Shown piece after piece: positions 9,992-19,664 of a stretch of 64,000 bases of DNA. Each line of letters begins with the position of its first letter. Within the stretch, counting starts at the first letter, position 1. The stretch is from Crocinitomicaceae bacterium (GTDB taxonomy: Bacteria > Bacteroidota > Bacteroidia > Flavobacteriales_D > Crocinitomicaceae), in contig JADJEU010000002.1 of the NCBI GenBank assembly GCA_016709005.1, positions 44,941 through 108,940 of the forward strand, in the 5' to 3' direction. The notes beneath the pieces were generated by a model, which was not told the DNA's origin, did no database searches, and saw only the letters and a program-made list of their open reading frames with translations. A program made the translations under genes and the position numbers.

Positions 9992-10100
9992 CTTATATCG
10001 CACCAACGGTTACGTCAGTACAGGAATTGGCACCTTGCTCCATGAAGGGAATAGGTTGCCAAGGTTTCGCAGGGCCGGTCCCTCCACCTTTCTTTATAAG
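9992..10100 (-). promoter_or_regulatory. SAM-I (S-box) riboswitch aptamer
   Basis: The minus-strand RNA reads CUUAUAAAGAAAGGUGGAGGGACCGGCCCUGCGAAACCUUGGCAACC...AAGGUGCCAAUUCCUG...UAUAAG. P1 is CUUAUA/UAUAAG, and the conserved GGAGGGA.UGGCCC, GCAACC and GGUGCCAAUUCC blocks are present. Sits about 40 nt upstream of the 9953 start. Confidence 0.8.
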
Positions 10101-10180
10101 TTAATAAAAATAAGAACTGGGGCAAAGATAGAGGGAATCTTGATAAAAACAAAATTGTGAGCACTTTGATTTTAGCAGTC

Positions 10181-10236
10181 AAAAATTCGGCAAGCGGCCT
10201 TCCTTCTTTGAAGGAGGAGCAAGGAGGGTGATCGGC
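10181..10236 (+). repeat. family C repeat, copy 1
   Basis: AAAAATTCGGCAAGCGGCCTTCCTTCTTTGAAGGAGGAGCAAGGAGGGTGATC matches 20993..21046 and, partially, 20922..20963. Confidence 0.7.
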
Positions 10237-10287
10237 TTGATTTTTTAAATAATAAATGTCAAATGCAAAATAACAATTGAATCATCA

Positions 10288-10980
10288 TCAAAAAACCTCT
10301 TTCAAAACATCCTCTTTATATAGCTGTCCAACAGGAATTTGTTTTCCGGCTATAACTAAATTATGACCGTCTAATGCTTCTACCATGTTTTTGTTAACGA
10401 TGTATTATTTATGACAACGCACAAAAATTTCTTTTGGCAAATTTGACTCCAGGTATTTTAAAGACATCAACGCCGTAATTCTTCCGGTGGCGGTATAAAA
10501 TGAAACATACTCACGCATACCTTCGATGTAGCGAATATCAGCATACTGAACTTTGTATAGTTTATGATCTGCTTTTATGGTGAGAAATGTTGTTTTCAGA
10601 TCAGCCGACGGAATTTGTTTTCCTTTCAATTCGAAATACGATTGCGCTTTTTGAATTGCTTTTTGAAAACGTTCAAATGAAAATGGTTTTAAAATATAGT
10701 CAACCGCATCCAGCTCAAAACCTTCCATGGCATAGTCGCGGTAAGCTGTGGTAAAAATCACCATGGGTCCTTTTTCAATTGCTTTGACAAGATCTGTTCC
10801 GAGCATGCCCGGCATTTGAATATCTGTAATCACCAAATCAACTGAAGATTTGTTCAATACTTCAAGTGCCTCGGTTCCATTTTTACAAACAGCAATCAAA
10901 TTCACACCTTCTATTTTTGAAAGATAGGATTCAAGAAGATTTCTTGCAAGTTGTTCGTCTTCTACAATAATGCACTTCAT
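10288..10980 (-). pseudogene. LytTR-family response regulator interrupted by an in-frame TAA
   Basis: Receiver domain (IIVEDE..., DLVITDIQMPG) plus a LytTR domain. The ORF stops at FVRCHK-TAA (10405..10407), but the same frame continues YIVNKNMVEALDGHNLVIAGKQIPVGQLYKEDVLKEVF to a TGA at 10288..10290. The stop sits where the conserved H-R/K-S-Y-I-V-N motif has Ser. Confidence 0.85.
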
Positions 10981-11996
10981 TTTTCCAGATTTATTTCAAG
11001 TGTTGCGGTATAAGATGCCGCGTCTGATTTTATCTCCAATTTATGTCTTTCAGGATAAATTAACGCCAATCGTTTTTTTACATTCTCCATTCCTACCCCA
11101 CCAGTTTTGTCTTTTGAAATTATTTTTTCAGGTTTTGAATTGGCACAAACCAAAAAAAGTTTTCCGTCGCTGGCCTTCAGTTTTATATCTATCCAACCCG
11201 TTTGTTTTTCATCATGATTGCTATGTTTAAAACAATTCTCAATGAAAGGAATTAATAACAGAGGCGCAATTTTATAATGACCGTTTGACGAATCAATTTC
11301 AATTTTGATGTTTGATTGATTGTCATCTTTTAAAGCCTGCAGTAAAATAAAACTTTCTATTGTTTTTATTTCATCTTTCAGATCCACAAAATTCTGATTG
11401 CTGTCGTAAGTAACATATCTCAAAATATCAGACAAATGCAAAATGGCATCCGGTGTTTTATCGGATTTCATCTGAGACAACGCATAGATATTATTGAGTG
11501 AGTTAAACAGAAAGTGCGGATTAATTTGGGCTTTCAGAGCTTTGGTCTCAGCCTCCAGCATTTTATTTTTCAATTCAAGACTTTCTTCCCGTTGCTTTCT
11601 GACCTGGATTGATCTGCTAACGAGTGAGCTGATGATAATGGGCATAACCATCATGAAAAATCGCGCCAAAAAAACGCTGTGCATCGGTCGGTGATGCAGC
11701 GTATTAAACTCAAACGGATAATGCTCATCCAGATATAAATCAATCAAACCGCCTGAAATTGTGGCAACCACAAGCGTGCACCCAATAATTATGATGTAAC
11801 TGATCTTTCTATGATTGTCCAGAAATTTTGGTATGAAATAGAATAAATTCAGGTAAAAGACCAGCATTTGAAAGGATACGACACTGATCACCCGAATGAT
11901 GGTAGGAGTCAGATCAAGATAACTTGAAATGAGCCATAACCAGAACAGAATGTAGATCAGCCAGGCAAGCAGCGTATATTTCACGATCGATTTCAA
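10977..11996 (-). CDS. LytS/YehU-type sensor histidine kinase
   Basis: Multi-TM N-terminus. His_kinase motif QINPHFLFNSLN and GHKL ATPase motifs (GGVGMENVKKRL). Its stop overlaps the response regulator start by 4 nt. Confidence 0.85.
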   Translation of the reverse strand: MKSIVKYTLLAWLIYILFWLWLISSYLDLTPTIIRVISVVSFQMLVFYLNLFYFIPKFLDNHRKISYIIIIGCTLVVATISGGLIDLYLDEHYPFEFNTLHHRPMHSVFLARFFMMVMPIIISSLVSRSIQVRKQREESLELKNKMLEAETKALKAQINPHFLFNSLNNIYALSQMKSDKTPDAILHLSDILRYVTYDSNQNFVDLKDEIKTIESFILLQALKDDNQSNIKIEIDSSNGHYKIAPLLLIPFIENCFKHSNHDEKQTGWIDIKLKASDGKLFLVCANSKPEKIISKDKTGGVGMENVKKRLALIYPERHKLEIKSDAASYTATLEINLEK

Positions 11997-12237
11997 CAGG
12001 GTAAAGATAATGAAGTGTGCTCAAACCTGCCTTTTGTTTCAATGAACAGGCTTAATTTATCAAATCCTGCACCAAGTTCATCAACGAACAAAATCAAACC
12101 GCCTCTGTTACTGGGCATGTTGATTGATAAATTTTTGATTTTGGTTGAATTTAAACTGATGGTCACAAATTAATGTCGAATTTTGCTGTAACAATTGACC
12201 AAGCTCAACCGTCTTAACTTTTGAAAAATTAAAAAAA

Positions 12238-14613
12238 ATGAAACGCACGCTTACTTATTCACTGCTCATTTTAATCTCCTTTTTATCAAACGCAACACTT
12301 GCGCAAGATAAATTTACAATAAGCGGCTCTTTAAAAGATGCCACTACTGGTGAAGATATTATTGGTGCCCGTATAGCCGTTCTGGAATTACCCGGAACCG
12401 GTGCAATCACCAATACATTTGGTTTCTATTCCTTGACGCTACCAGCAGGTAATTATACACTGCAGTACCGTTATTTAGGATTTACAACCATTGAAGAAAA
12501 AATTGTTCTCAACGCCAACATCACCAAAAATCTTGAATTGGCACCTGAAGCTAAAACCTTTGATGCCGTTGTGATCACGACTGAAAAAGCAGATGAAAAT
12601 ATTACCTCAGGCGAAATGAGCGTGGATAAAATTGATGTAAAAGACATCGAAAACATTCCGGTAATTTTTGGAGAAAAAGACATCTTCAAAACCATGCAAC
12701 TTTTACCCGGTGTTAAATCTGCCGGTGAAGGAAATTCAGGATTCTATGTACGTGGCGGTGGTTCTGATCAAAATTTGGTCTTGCTTGATGGAGCACCGGT
12801 TTACAATGCTTCGCACTTACTTGGTTTCTTTTCAGTTTTTAATTCAGATGCATTAAAAGATGTCAAACTATATAAAGGAGGCGCACCCGCAGAATTTGGT
12901 GGAAGACTTTCATCAGTAATGGACATCAACATGAAAGAAGGGAACTCAAAACAATTTTCTTTCAGCGGCGGTGTTGGTTTGATTTCGTCGCGATTAACAA
13001 TAGAAGGACCCATTGTAAAAGATAAGGGATCGTTCATAGTATCTGGAAGAAGAACCTATGTTGACATGTTTCTGCGTCTTTCCAACAACGAAAGTCTCAA
13101 TCAATCTATTTTATATTTCTACGATTTAAACCTAAAAGCAAATTACCGCGTGGGTGAAAAAGATCGTATTTTCTTATCCGGATATTTTGGCCGTGACAAT
13201 TTTGGTTTTGCTGATCAGTTTGGATTTGACTGGGGAAATGCAACAGGTACTTTACGTTGGAACCATATCTACACAGATAAACTTTTTGGAAATACGTCAG
13301 TAATTTTCAGCAACTATAACTACAAAATAAAATTTGGAGGCGGCAATGAAACCTTTGAAATTGGATCTCAGATTCAAGACATCAACGTAAAACAAGATTT
13401 TGACTGGTTTGTGAATTCCAACAATACTTTAAAATTTGGCGCCAACTTTATTCATCACACCTTTAAACCTGGTGAAATTGAAACCGGATCAGGAATCAAT
13501 TTTGAGTTGAATGATATTCAGGAACGTTACTCCACAGAAAGTTCAGTCTATCTTCAAAACGAACAAAAAGTTAAAAAGCGTTGGGTATTTAATTACGGAC
13601 TTCGTTTTGACAATTTTACACAATTAGGCGGCGGTGAATTTTACTCCTATAATGACGCAGGTGATGTAATTGATACAGCTGTCTATGCAGATAAATGGGA
13701 AGTGGTAAAAAGCTACAATGGTTTGTCTCCGCGACTTGGAACAACGTTCATCATAAATGAATTGAGCTCAGTTAAAGCAAGCTATGGTCGCACCTATCAG
13801 TTTGTACATTTAATCTCAAATACTACTGCATCTTCACCAACTGATATCTGGTTGCCATCCAGCAACAATATCAAACCAGAAATTGCAGATCAGTTTGCGG
13901 TGGGTTATTTCAGAAATTTCTTCAACAATGCTGTTGAGGGATCCATTGAAGTTTATTACAAAGACATGCAAAACACCATTGATTATCGCGATGGTGCAGA
14001 GGTAACCTTAAATCCAACCGTTGAGGGTGAATTACTTTATGGAAGAGGTCGCGCATACGGAATGGAATTTTTATTGCGCAAGAAAAAAGGAAAATTCACC
14101 GGCTGGGTTGCTTACACCCTTGCAAAAACAGAACGTCTTTTTGATGAGATTAACAACAACACCTGGTACCCTGCAAGACAAGACAGAAGACATGATCTTT
14201 CAATTGTAGGAATCTACACACTAAATGATCGTTTAACATTTTCTGGAACCTGGGTTTTTCAAACTGGAAACGCAGTAACTTTTCCAAGCGGTAAATACGA
14301 AATCGATGGTCAAATTGTAAATTATTATACTGAGCGCAACGGATACCGCATGCCAAATTATCACCGTTTGGATTTGGGAATTACGTTGAACAATAAAAAT
14401 TTCAAACTTGTTACCGATCCTGAAACTGGACAGGAAAAACAAGTTCCGCGCCGTTGGGAAAGCAGCTGGAATCTTTCTGTCTACAATGCTTATGCGCGCG
14501 AAAACGCTTATTCAATCTCATTCAAAGAAAATCCTGAAACAGGACAAACTGAAGCAGTTCAATTAGCGCTTTTCAAAATCATTCCGTCACTTACTTACAA
14601 TTTCAAATTCTAG
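12238..14613 (+). CDS. TonB-dependent receptor with an N-terminal carboxypeptidase-regulatory-like domain
   Basis: Signal peptide, a CarboxypepD_reg-like start (FTISGSLKDATTGEDIIGARI), a plug region, and a beta-barrel ending in the aromatic ...LTYNFKF. Confidence 0.9.
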   Translation: MKRTLTYSLLILISFLSNATLAQDKFTISGSLKDATTGEDIIGARIAVLELPGTGAITNTFGFYSLTLPAGNYTLQYRYLGFTTIEEKIVLNANITKNLELAPEAKTFDAVVITTEKADENITSGEMSVDKIDVKDIENIPVIFGEKDIFKTMQLLPGVKSAGEGNSGFYVRGGGSDQNLVLLDGAPVYNASHLLGFFSVFNSDALKDVKLYKGGAPAEFGGRLSSVMDINMKEGNSKQFSFSGGVGLISSRLTIEGPIVKDKGSFIVSGRRTYVDMFLRLSNNESLNQSILYFYDLNLKANYRVGEKDRIFLSGYFGRDNFGFADQFGFDWGNATGTLRWNHIYTDKLFGNTSVIFSNYNYKIKFGGGNETFEIGSQIQDINVKQDFDWFVNSNNTLKFGANFIHHTFKPGEIETGSGINFELNDIQERYSTESSVYLQNEQKVKKRWVFNYGLRFDNFTQLGGGEFYSYNDAGDVIDTAVYADKWEVVKSYNGLSPRLGTTFIINELSSVKASYGRTYQFVHLISNTTASSPTDIWLPSSNNIKPEIADQFAVGYFRNFFNNAVEGSIEVYYKDMQNTIDYRDGAEVTLNPTVEGELLYGRGRAYGMEFLLRKKKGKFTGWVAYTLAKTERLFDEINNNTWYPARQDRRHDLSIVGIYTLNDRLTFSGTWVFQTGNAVTFPSGKYEIDGQIVNYYTERNGYRMPNYHRLDLGITLNNKNFKLVTDPETGQEKQVPRRWESSWNLSVYNAYARENAYSISFKENPETGQTEAVQLALFKIIPSLTYNFKF

Positions 14614-14618
14614 TTGTT

Positions 14619-15425
14619 ATGAAAATGGAAACTAAAATTGTAAGTCTGTTTGCAGGAATTTTATTTTTGACTGCATGTGAAAAAGTCATTGACATTCCTT
14701 TGGAAGATGCCGACAGAAAATTTGTAATCGAAGGTGTGCTAAGAGATACTCCTGGTGAAAACTATATTCTGATTTCAAAAACAGGCAGTGTTTACGAAAG
14801 CAGCAATTTTGAAAAAATAACCGGAGCTTCCGTTTCAGTAACTGACAAAAGCGGAACGACTTATCTCTTTACAGAGGTGGTTGGCTCACCCGGCAGGTAC
14901 ACAAACGCAACCTTTGCGACAGCACCTAATAATGTCTACGATTTACAGGTAATATCCGGAACAGAAACTTTCACCTCTTCATCGCAAAGTCTTTACAAAC
15001 CAGAACTTGATTCCTTATCATACATCGAGCAAGTTGGTACTTTTGGTGTTGGCACAGACACTACCTACCTTGTATTCTTCAGCTTTACTGACCAGGTTGA
15101 TCAGGAAAATTACTACCGTTTGATTGTTTATGTCAACGGTGTACCAGATGGTACTTATTATATTACAAATGATGAATTGTTTGATGGCCAGCCTTATTCT
15201 CAACCTGCATTTGCAACTACGGTAGAAAAAGGTGATACGGTAATCATGGAATTATTAGGCATGGATAAAAGTGCCTACACTTACTTTTTCAGCTTATCCA
15301 ATGCAACTGCCGAAGGTCCCTTTGCGCCAACACCGGCAAACCCTGTAAGCAATATTGAAGGCGGTGCAATTGGTTATTTTAACGCCTATACTTCGGATAC
15401 AATGTCAATTATTATTCCTCAGTAA
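14619..15425 (+). CDS. DUF4249-like lipoprotein
   Basis: Lipobox (LFLTAC). Position directly after the TonB receptor and size are typical of DUF4249. Paralogous to the next gene. Confidence 0.7.
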   Translation: MKMETKIVSLFAGILFLTACEKVIDIPLEDADRKFVIEGVLRDTPGENYILISKTGSVYESSNFEKITGASVSVTDKSGTTYLFTEVVGSPGRYTNATFATAPNNVYDLQVISGTETFTSSSQSLYKPELDSLSYIEQVGTFGVGTDTTYLVFFSFTDQVDQENYYRLIVYVNGVPDGTYYITNDELFDGQPYSQPAFATTVEKGDTVIMELLGMDKSAYTYFFSLSNATAEGPFAPTPANPVSNIEGGAIGYFNAYTSDTMSIIIPQ

Positions 15426-15427
15426 GT

Positions 15428-16225
15428 ATGAAAATAAAAAGTTTATTTTTTCTAATGCTTGTTTCGACCTTTTTCATGGCGACCTCATGTGAAAAAGTGA
15501 TTGAACTTGAATTGAATGACGCTGAAAAAAAAATAGTTGTAGAGGCCGTTTTAAAGGATACTCCCGGCAATAATAAAATCTTACTTTCTTATACTTCGGC
15601 AGTTTATACTGATCAGAACTTTAATAAAATTTCAGGCGCCGCTGTATCCGTGACTGATAAAGATGGCAATGTCTTCACCTTTCCTGAGGACCCAATTATT
15701 CCGGGCTACTATCACAACCCTTCTTTTACCGTTTTGCCAGACAACGATTATACGTTGAATGTAAACATAGACGGTGAAATCATTACCTCTACCTGTCACT
15801 CTTACGCAAAGCCGACAATTGATTCGATTATCTGGTATCCATCTCCATTTGCTCAGGCATCGGCAGATACACTTTATATGATCGATTATTTTTCTGTGGA
15901 TAATGTGAATGAAGTGAATCACTACCGATTGCGCATTTGGTTAAACAGTGTTGAGCAAACTGAATTCTATTATATCGGCAATGATGATTTTATAAATGGC
16001 ATAGCCTACAACGCGCCTTTCTTTGGTGCGGATGCACACAAGGGCGATACCGTACTCATTGAAATCAATGCGCTGGACAAAGCCAATTACACTTATCTCT
16101 ATACCCTTTCGAGCAACGAAAGTAATTCAACGGCTCCGGCTAATCCAACCAGCAACCTCAAAGGAAACGCAATTGGTTACTTTGGTGCATTCTCTACTGA
16201 CACGATGAGCGTAATCATCCATTAG
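15428..16225 (+). CDS. DUF4249-like lipoprotein (tandem paralog)
   Basis: Lipobox (FMATSC). Collinear similarity to 14619..15425 (CEKVI..., VSVTDK.G, NHYRLR / NYYRLI, GAIGYF). Confidence 0.7.
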   Translation: MKIKSLFFLMLVSTFFMATSCEKVIELELNDAEKKIVVEAVLKDTPGNNKILLSYTSAVYTDQNFNKISGAAVSVTDKDGNVFTFPEDPIIPGYYHNPSFTVLPDNDYTLNVNIDGEIITSTCHSYAKPTIDSIIWYPSPFAQASADTLYMIDYFSVDNVNEVNHYRLRIWLNSVEQTEFYYIGNDDFINGIAYNAPFFGADAHKGDTVLIEINALDKANYTYLYTLSSNESNSTAPANPTSNLKGNAIGYFGAFSTDTMSVIIH

Positions 16226-16283
16226 ATCTGCACAGAATTGCTCCTTTAGATTTTTGTATATTTGATTGAACTATTATCAGTCA

Positions 16284-19200
16284 ATGAAATTCTTACTTCT
16301 TTTTGCTTTCGGAATTACACTTCAAATTTCTGCACAAGAAATTGCACCGCTTTTTAAAAGGCTCGATGCAAAAAAAACCAAAGTCACTTTTCAGAACACC
16401 ATTGTAGAAAATGACACGCTGAATTATTTCTATTATGATAATCTCTACAACGGCTCAGGTGTTTCCATTGGAGATATTAATAATGATGGTTTGGCAGATT
16501 TGTATTTTGTGAGCAACAATCAGGCTGATCAACTTTACCTGAATCTGGGTAAAATGAAATTCAAAAACATCACATCAAAAGCATTTCCAAATCAAGATCA
16601 ATCAGGCTGGCACACCGCGGTTTCTATGGCAGATGTCAATGCTGATGGATGGCTGGATATTTATGTTTGCAAACATGGAATTGGTCAGACAGATAAAGTG
16701 AATTTCCGCAATTTACTTTATATCAATAATCGCAATAATACATTCACAGAGCGAGGAAAAGAATTTGGAATCAACGATCCGGGCCGCTCAATTGACGCAG
16801 ATTTTCTCGATTACGATCAGGATGGCGATTTGGATTTATTAGTCACCAATCACCGTGAAAATTTATCCGTTTATGAAATCTACAATCGCAAAAATTACGT
16901 GGAACAATTTCACTCCAATCGGTTGTATCGAAATGACGGCGATAAATTTACAGACGTTACAAAATCAGCAGGACTCATTTCATTTGGTCATTGTCTGGCT
17001 GCATCCACTGCAGATTTAAACAACGATGGCTGGCCTGATATCTATATTACGAGTGATTATTCGTTGCCAGATTTTCTATTCATCAATCAACGAAACGGCA
17101 CTTTTAAAAATGAATCCAAAGAACGTTTGAGACATACTTCACATTATTCGATGGGAATTGATATCGCTGATTTTAACAACGATCTTTTTGTAGATATCTG
17201 CGTGCCTGATATGTCAAATAAAGATTATGTGAAATCAAAAACAAATATGGGCAGCATGTCTGTTGCAACTTTTTGGGATAATGTCGCAAAAGGATTTAAT
17301 CATCAATACATGTACAATACCTTGCAACTGAATTTAGGATCAGGTTATTTTTCAGAGATTGCGCATATGTCAGGCGTGGCAAGTACCGATTGGAGCTGGG
17401 CATCTTTGCTCGTTGATTTTGACATGGATGGGTATAAAGATCTATTTATTTCAAACGGATTTTTTAGAGATGTACGTGATCAGGATTTTACAAAAAGAAT
17501 GAAAGATTATCTGGCAACAAAACCAACTGTTGTAAATGTTGATTCACTCATTTCCTTAATTCCACAAAGCAAAGAAATCAATTATGCATTTAAAAACAGT
17601 GGGGATTTGACGTTTGAAGATGTAAGTTCTGATTGGGGCTTCACTTCAGGTTCCGTTAGTCACGGCGCGGCATACGGTGATTTAGATAATGACGGCGATA
17701 TGGATTTGGTAATTAATAACCTGAATGAGCCTGTTCAGATTTTTGAAAATACATTACAACAAAAAAAATATCTCAAACTAAAATTAATTGGATCAGAATT
17801 AAATCCATTTGCATACGGCACGAAAGTAATTGTACACACCAACAAAGGTGATCAGATGCAGGAACTAAACCCATCAAGAGGTTATGCCTCATCATCAGAT
17901 TTGAATTTATGTTTTGGTTTGGGTGATGCAGATTCTATTTCTTCTGTAGAGATTTTTTGGAATTGGAAAGAGATGACAACGATTCAAACCGTTCAGTCCA
18001 ACTCAACTTTAACGGTTGATTATAAGACATCCCGATTTGAAACGACCTCTCCACTCTACCTGATTCCATCGGCATCAAAACAATTTGTGAAGCTGAATGA
18101 AATTCCATTTGATGATTATGTGGGTGAAGTTTTGTTGCCGCACAAAATGTCAGAACTTGGACCATTTCTAACAACTGGATTTTTTTATCGCTTTTCACCA
18201 GATATGAATGAAGAGATGGCTTATCAGGATTTACTGATTGGCGGCACGCGAAATAAAACTGCCAGATTATTCGAACAAACAGACTCTGGTTTTGTATTAA
18301 CCAAACAACCTGCTTTCCAAAAAGATTCTGCTTTTGAAGATGCTGGTGCCGTATTCTTTGATGCTGATGGCGATTTTGATCAGGATCTTTATGTAGTAAG
18401 CGGTGGGAATGAATACGCAGCCTTTTCAGAAATGTATCAGGATCGTTTGTACCTGAATGATGGCAAAGGAAATTTTACCAGAGATTACAGTGCACTTCCA
18501 AAAATTAATTCAAGCGGTCAATGTGTTTTAGCAAATGATATTGACAAAGATGGTGATATGGATTTAGTAGCTCTTGGCAGACAAGTTCCGGGCATGTATT
18601 CCATGACACCAGAATCTTACTTGCTTATAAACGACAAAGGAAAATTCACCAATCAAATACTTGAACTTGCACCCGAATTGCAATTCGCGGGCATGATAAC
18701 GGAAGGCGTATTTACTGATTTTGATAATGATTCAGATGATGATTTAATTGTGGTAGGTGAATGGATGCGCCCACGTTTTTTTGAAAATCAAAATGGTAAA
18801 CTTGTTTCAAACGATACGTATTTACCCAACCCAAATCTTTACGGTTGGTGGAATACCATCCAACCTTTTGACATCAACAACGATGGTAAATATGAATACC
18901 TTTTAGGCAATACCGGACTCAATAATAAATTTCATCCGTCGTCCTTATTTCCGCTGACGGCTTATCTGGAAGATGTCGATCAAAACGGAAAAGCAGATTT
19001 AATTCTCACCAAATATTTTGGAGGTATACAACATCCTGTCAGAGGCAGAGGTTGTTTGTCTGAGCAAATTCCGTCTGTCAAAGAACGCTTCAAAACCTAC
19101 GACGAGTTTGCAAAAACACCTTTCGACCAACTCTTTCAATTTAAATCAGATCCACAACTGGCCACCGATTTTGCAAACGGAATTTTAATTTGGGAAAATG

Positions 19201-19523
19201 ATCAATTGGTATTTAAACCCTTTCCAAATTTTGGTCAGATGGGTTGTATCAATAAATTTATTTCACTTGATTTAAACGGTGACGAATTTTTAGATTTCAT
19301 TGCATTTGGAAATAAATATGAAGCCGAAATTGAAACACCCCGTTACGATGCCAACCCAGGCCTTGCCTTCATCAACAAAGGTGGTACAGGTGATTTCGAT
19401 ATTTATCCGTTAGAACAAAACGGTCCTTATATCAATCGCAATGCTAAAGATGCGGTGATGATTGGGAATAAGATTTTTGTTTCTAATTCAGGAGAAGCGG
19501 TGAATGTTTTGGAGGTTTATTGA
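16284..19523 (+). CDS. VCBS/FG-GAP repeat protein with an ASPIC/UnbV-like domain (CRTAC1 family)
   Basis: Repeated D.N.DG..D FG-GAP/VCBS calcium-binding motifs throughout. The central block LNPSRGYASSSDLNLCFGLG is typical of ASPIC/UnbV. ATG 16284 (MKFLLLFAF... signal peptide) is preferred over the TTG at 16266. Confidence 0.85.
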   Translation: MKFLLLFAFGITLQISAQEIAPLFKRLDAKKTKVTFQNTIVENDTLNYFYYDNLYNGSGVSIGDINNDGLADLYFVSNNQADQLYLNLGKMKFKNITSKAFPNQDQSGWHTAVSMADVNADGWLDIYVCKHGIGQTDKVNFRNLLYINNRNNTFTERGKEFGINDPGRSIDADFLDYDQDGDLDLLVTNHRENLSVYEIYNRKNYVEQFHSNRLYRNDGDKFTDVTKSAGLISFGHCLAASTADLNNDGWPDIYITSDYSLPDFLFINQRNGTFKNESKERLRHTSHYSMGIDIADFNNDLFVDICVPDMSNKDYVKSKTNMGSMSVATFWDNVAKGFNHQYMYNTLQLNLGSGYFSEIAHMSGVASTDWSWASLLVDFDMDGYKDLFISNGFFRDVRDQDFTKRMKDYLATKPTVVNVDSLISLIPQSKEINYAFKNSGDLTFEDVSSDWGFTSGSVSHGAAYGDLDNDGDMDLVINNLNEPVQIFENTLQQKKYLKLKLIGSELNPFAYGTKVIVHTNKGDQMQELNPSRGYASSSDLNLCFGLGDADSISSVEIFWNWKEMTTIQTVQSNSTLTVDYKTSRFETTSPLYLIPSASKQFVKLNEIPFDDYVGEVLLPHKMSELGPFLTTGFFYRFSPDMNEEMAYQDLLIGGTRNKTARLFEQTDSGFVLTKQPAFQKDSAFEDAGAVFFDADGDFDQDLYVVSGGNEYAAFSEMYQDRLYLNDGKGNFTRDYSALPKINSSGQCVLANDIDKDGDMDLVALGRQVPGMYSMTPESYLLINDKGKFTNQILELAPELQFAGMITEGVFTDFDNDSDDDLIVVGEWMRPRFFENQNGKLVSNDTYLPNPNLYGWWNTIQPFDINNDGKYEYLLGNTGLNNKFHPSSLFPLTAYLEDVDQNGKADLILTKYFGGIQHPVRGRGCLSEQIPSVKERFKTYDEFAKTPFDQLFQFKSDPQLATDFANGILIWENDQLVFKPFPNFGQMGCINKFISLDLNGDEFLDFIAFGNKYEAEIETPRYDANPGLAFINKGGTGDFDIYPLEQNGPYINRNAKDAVMIGNKIFVSNSGEAVNVLEVY

Positions 19524-19583
19524 GGCGGATAAATATCCGCAAAATTGTGGTTTAGCGCAGGATAAATATCCAGCGCAGCGATA
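19524..19583 (+). repeat. family D repeat, copy 1 (GGATAAATATCC hairpin words)
   Basis: GGTTTAGCGCAGGATAAATATCCAGCGCAGCGAT matches GGTTTAGTGCAGGATAAATATCCAACGCAGCCGAT at 20342..20376. Confidence 0.75.
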
Positions 19584-19592
19584 GTGTCGAAA

Positions 19593-19628
19593 TAAAAAAA
19601 CTCGTCTACCAAAAAGCAAACGAGTTTC
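19593..19628 (-). terminator. rho-independent terminator of the 19665 gene
   Basis: AAACTCGT / ACGAGTTT stem. An A-run on the plus strand gives a U-run on the minus-strand transcript. Confidence 0.6.
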
Positions 19629-19664
19629 AAGAATAAAAATATACGTTTCTAAAAAAATTCGATC

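Noticed and set aside
10405-10407. Stop-codon reassignment or programmed read-through as the explanation for the in-frame TAA
   Set aside because: TAA is used as an ordinary terminator by many well-conserved genes in this window (for example rbfA and trxA), and no read-through context is recognisable. A nonsense mutation or a base-call error is simpler.
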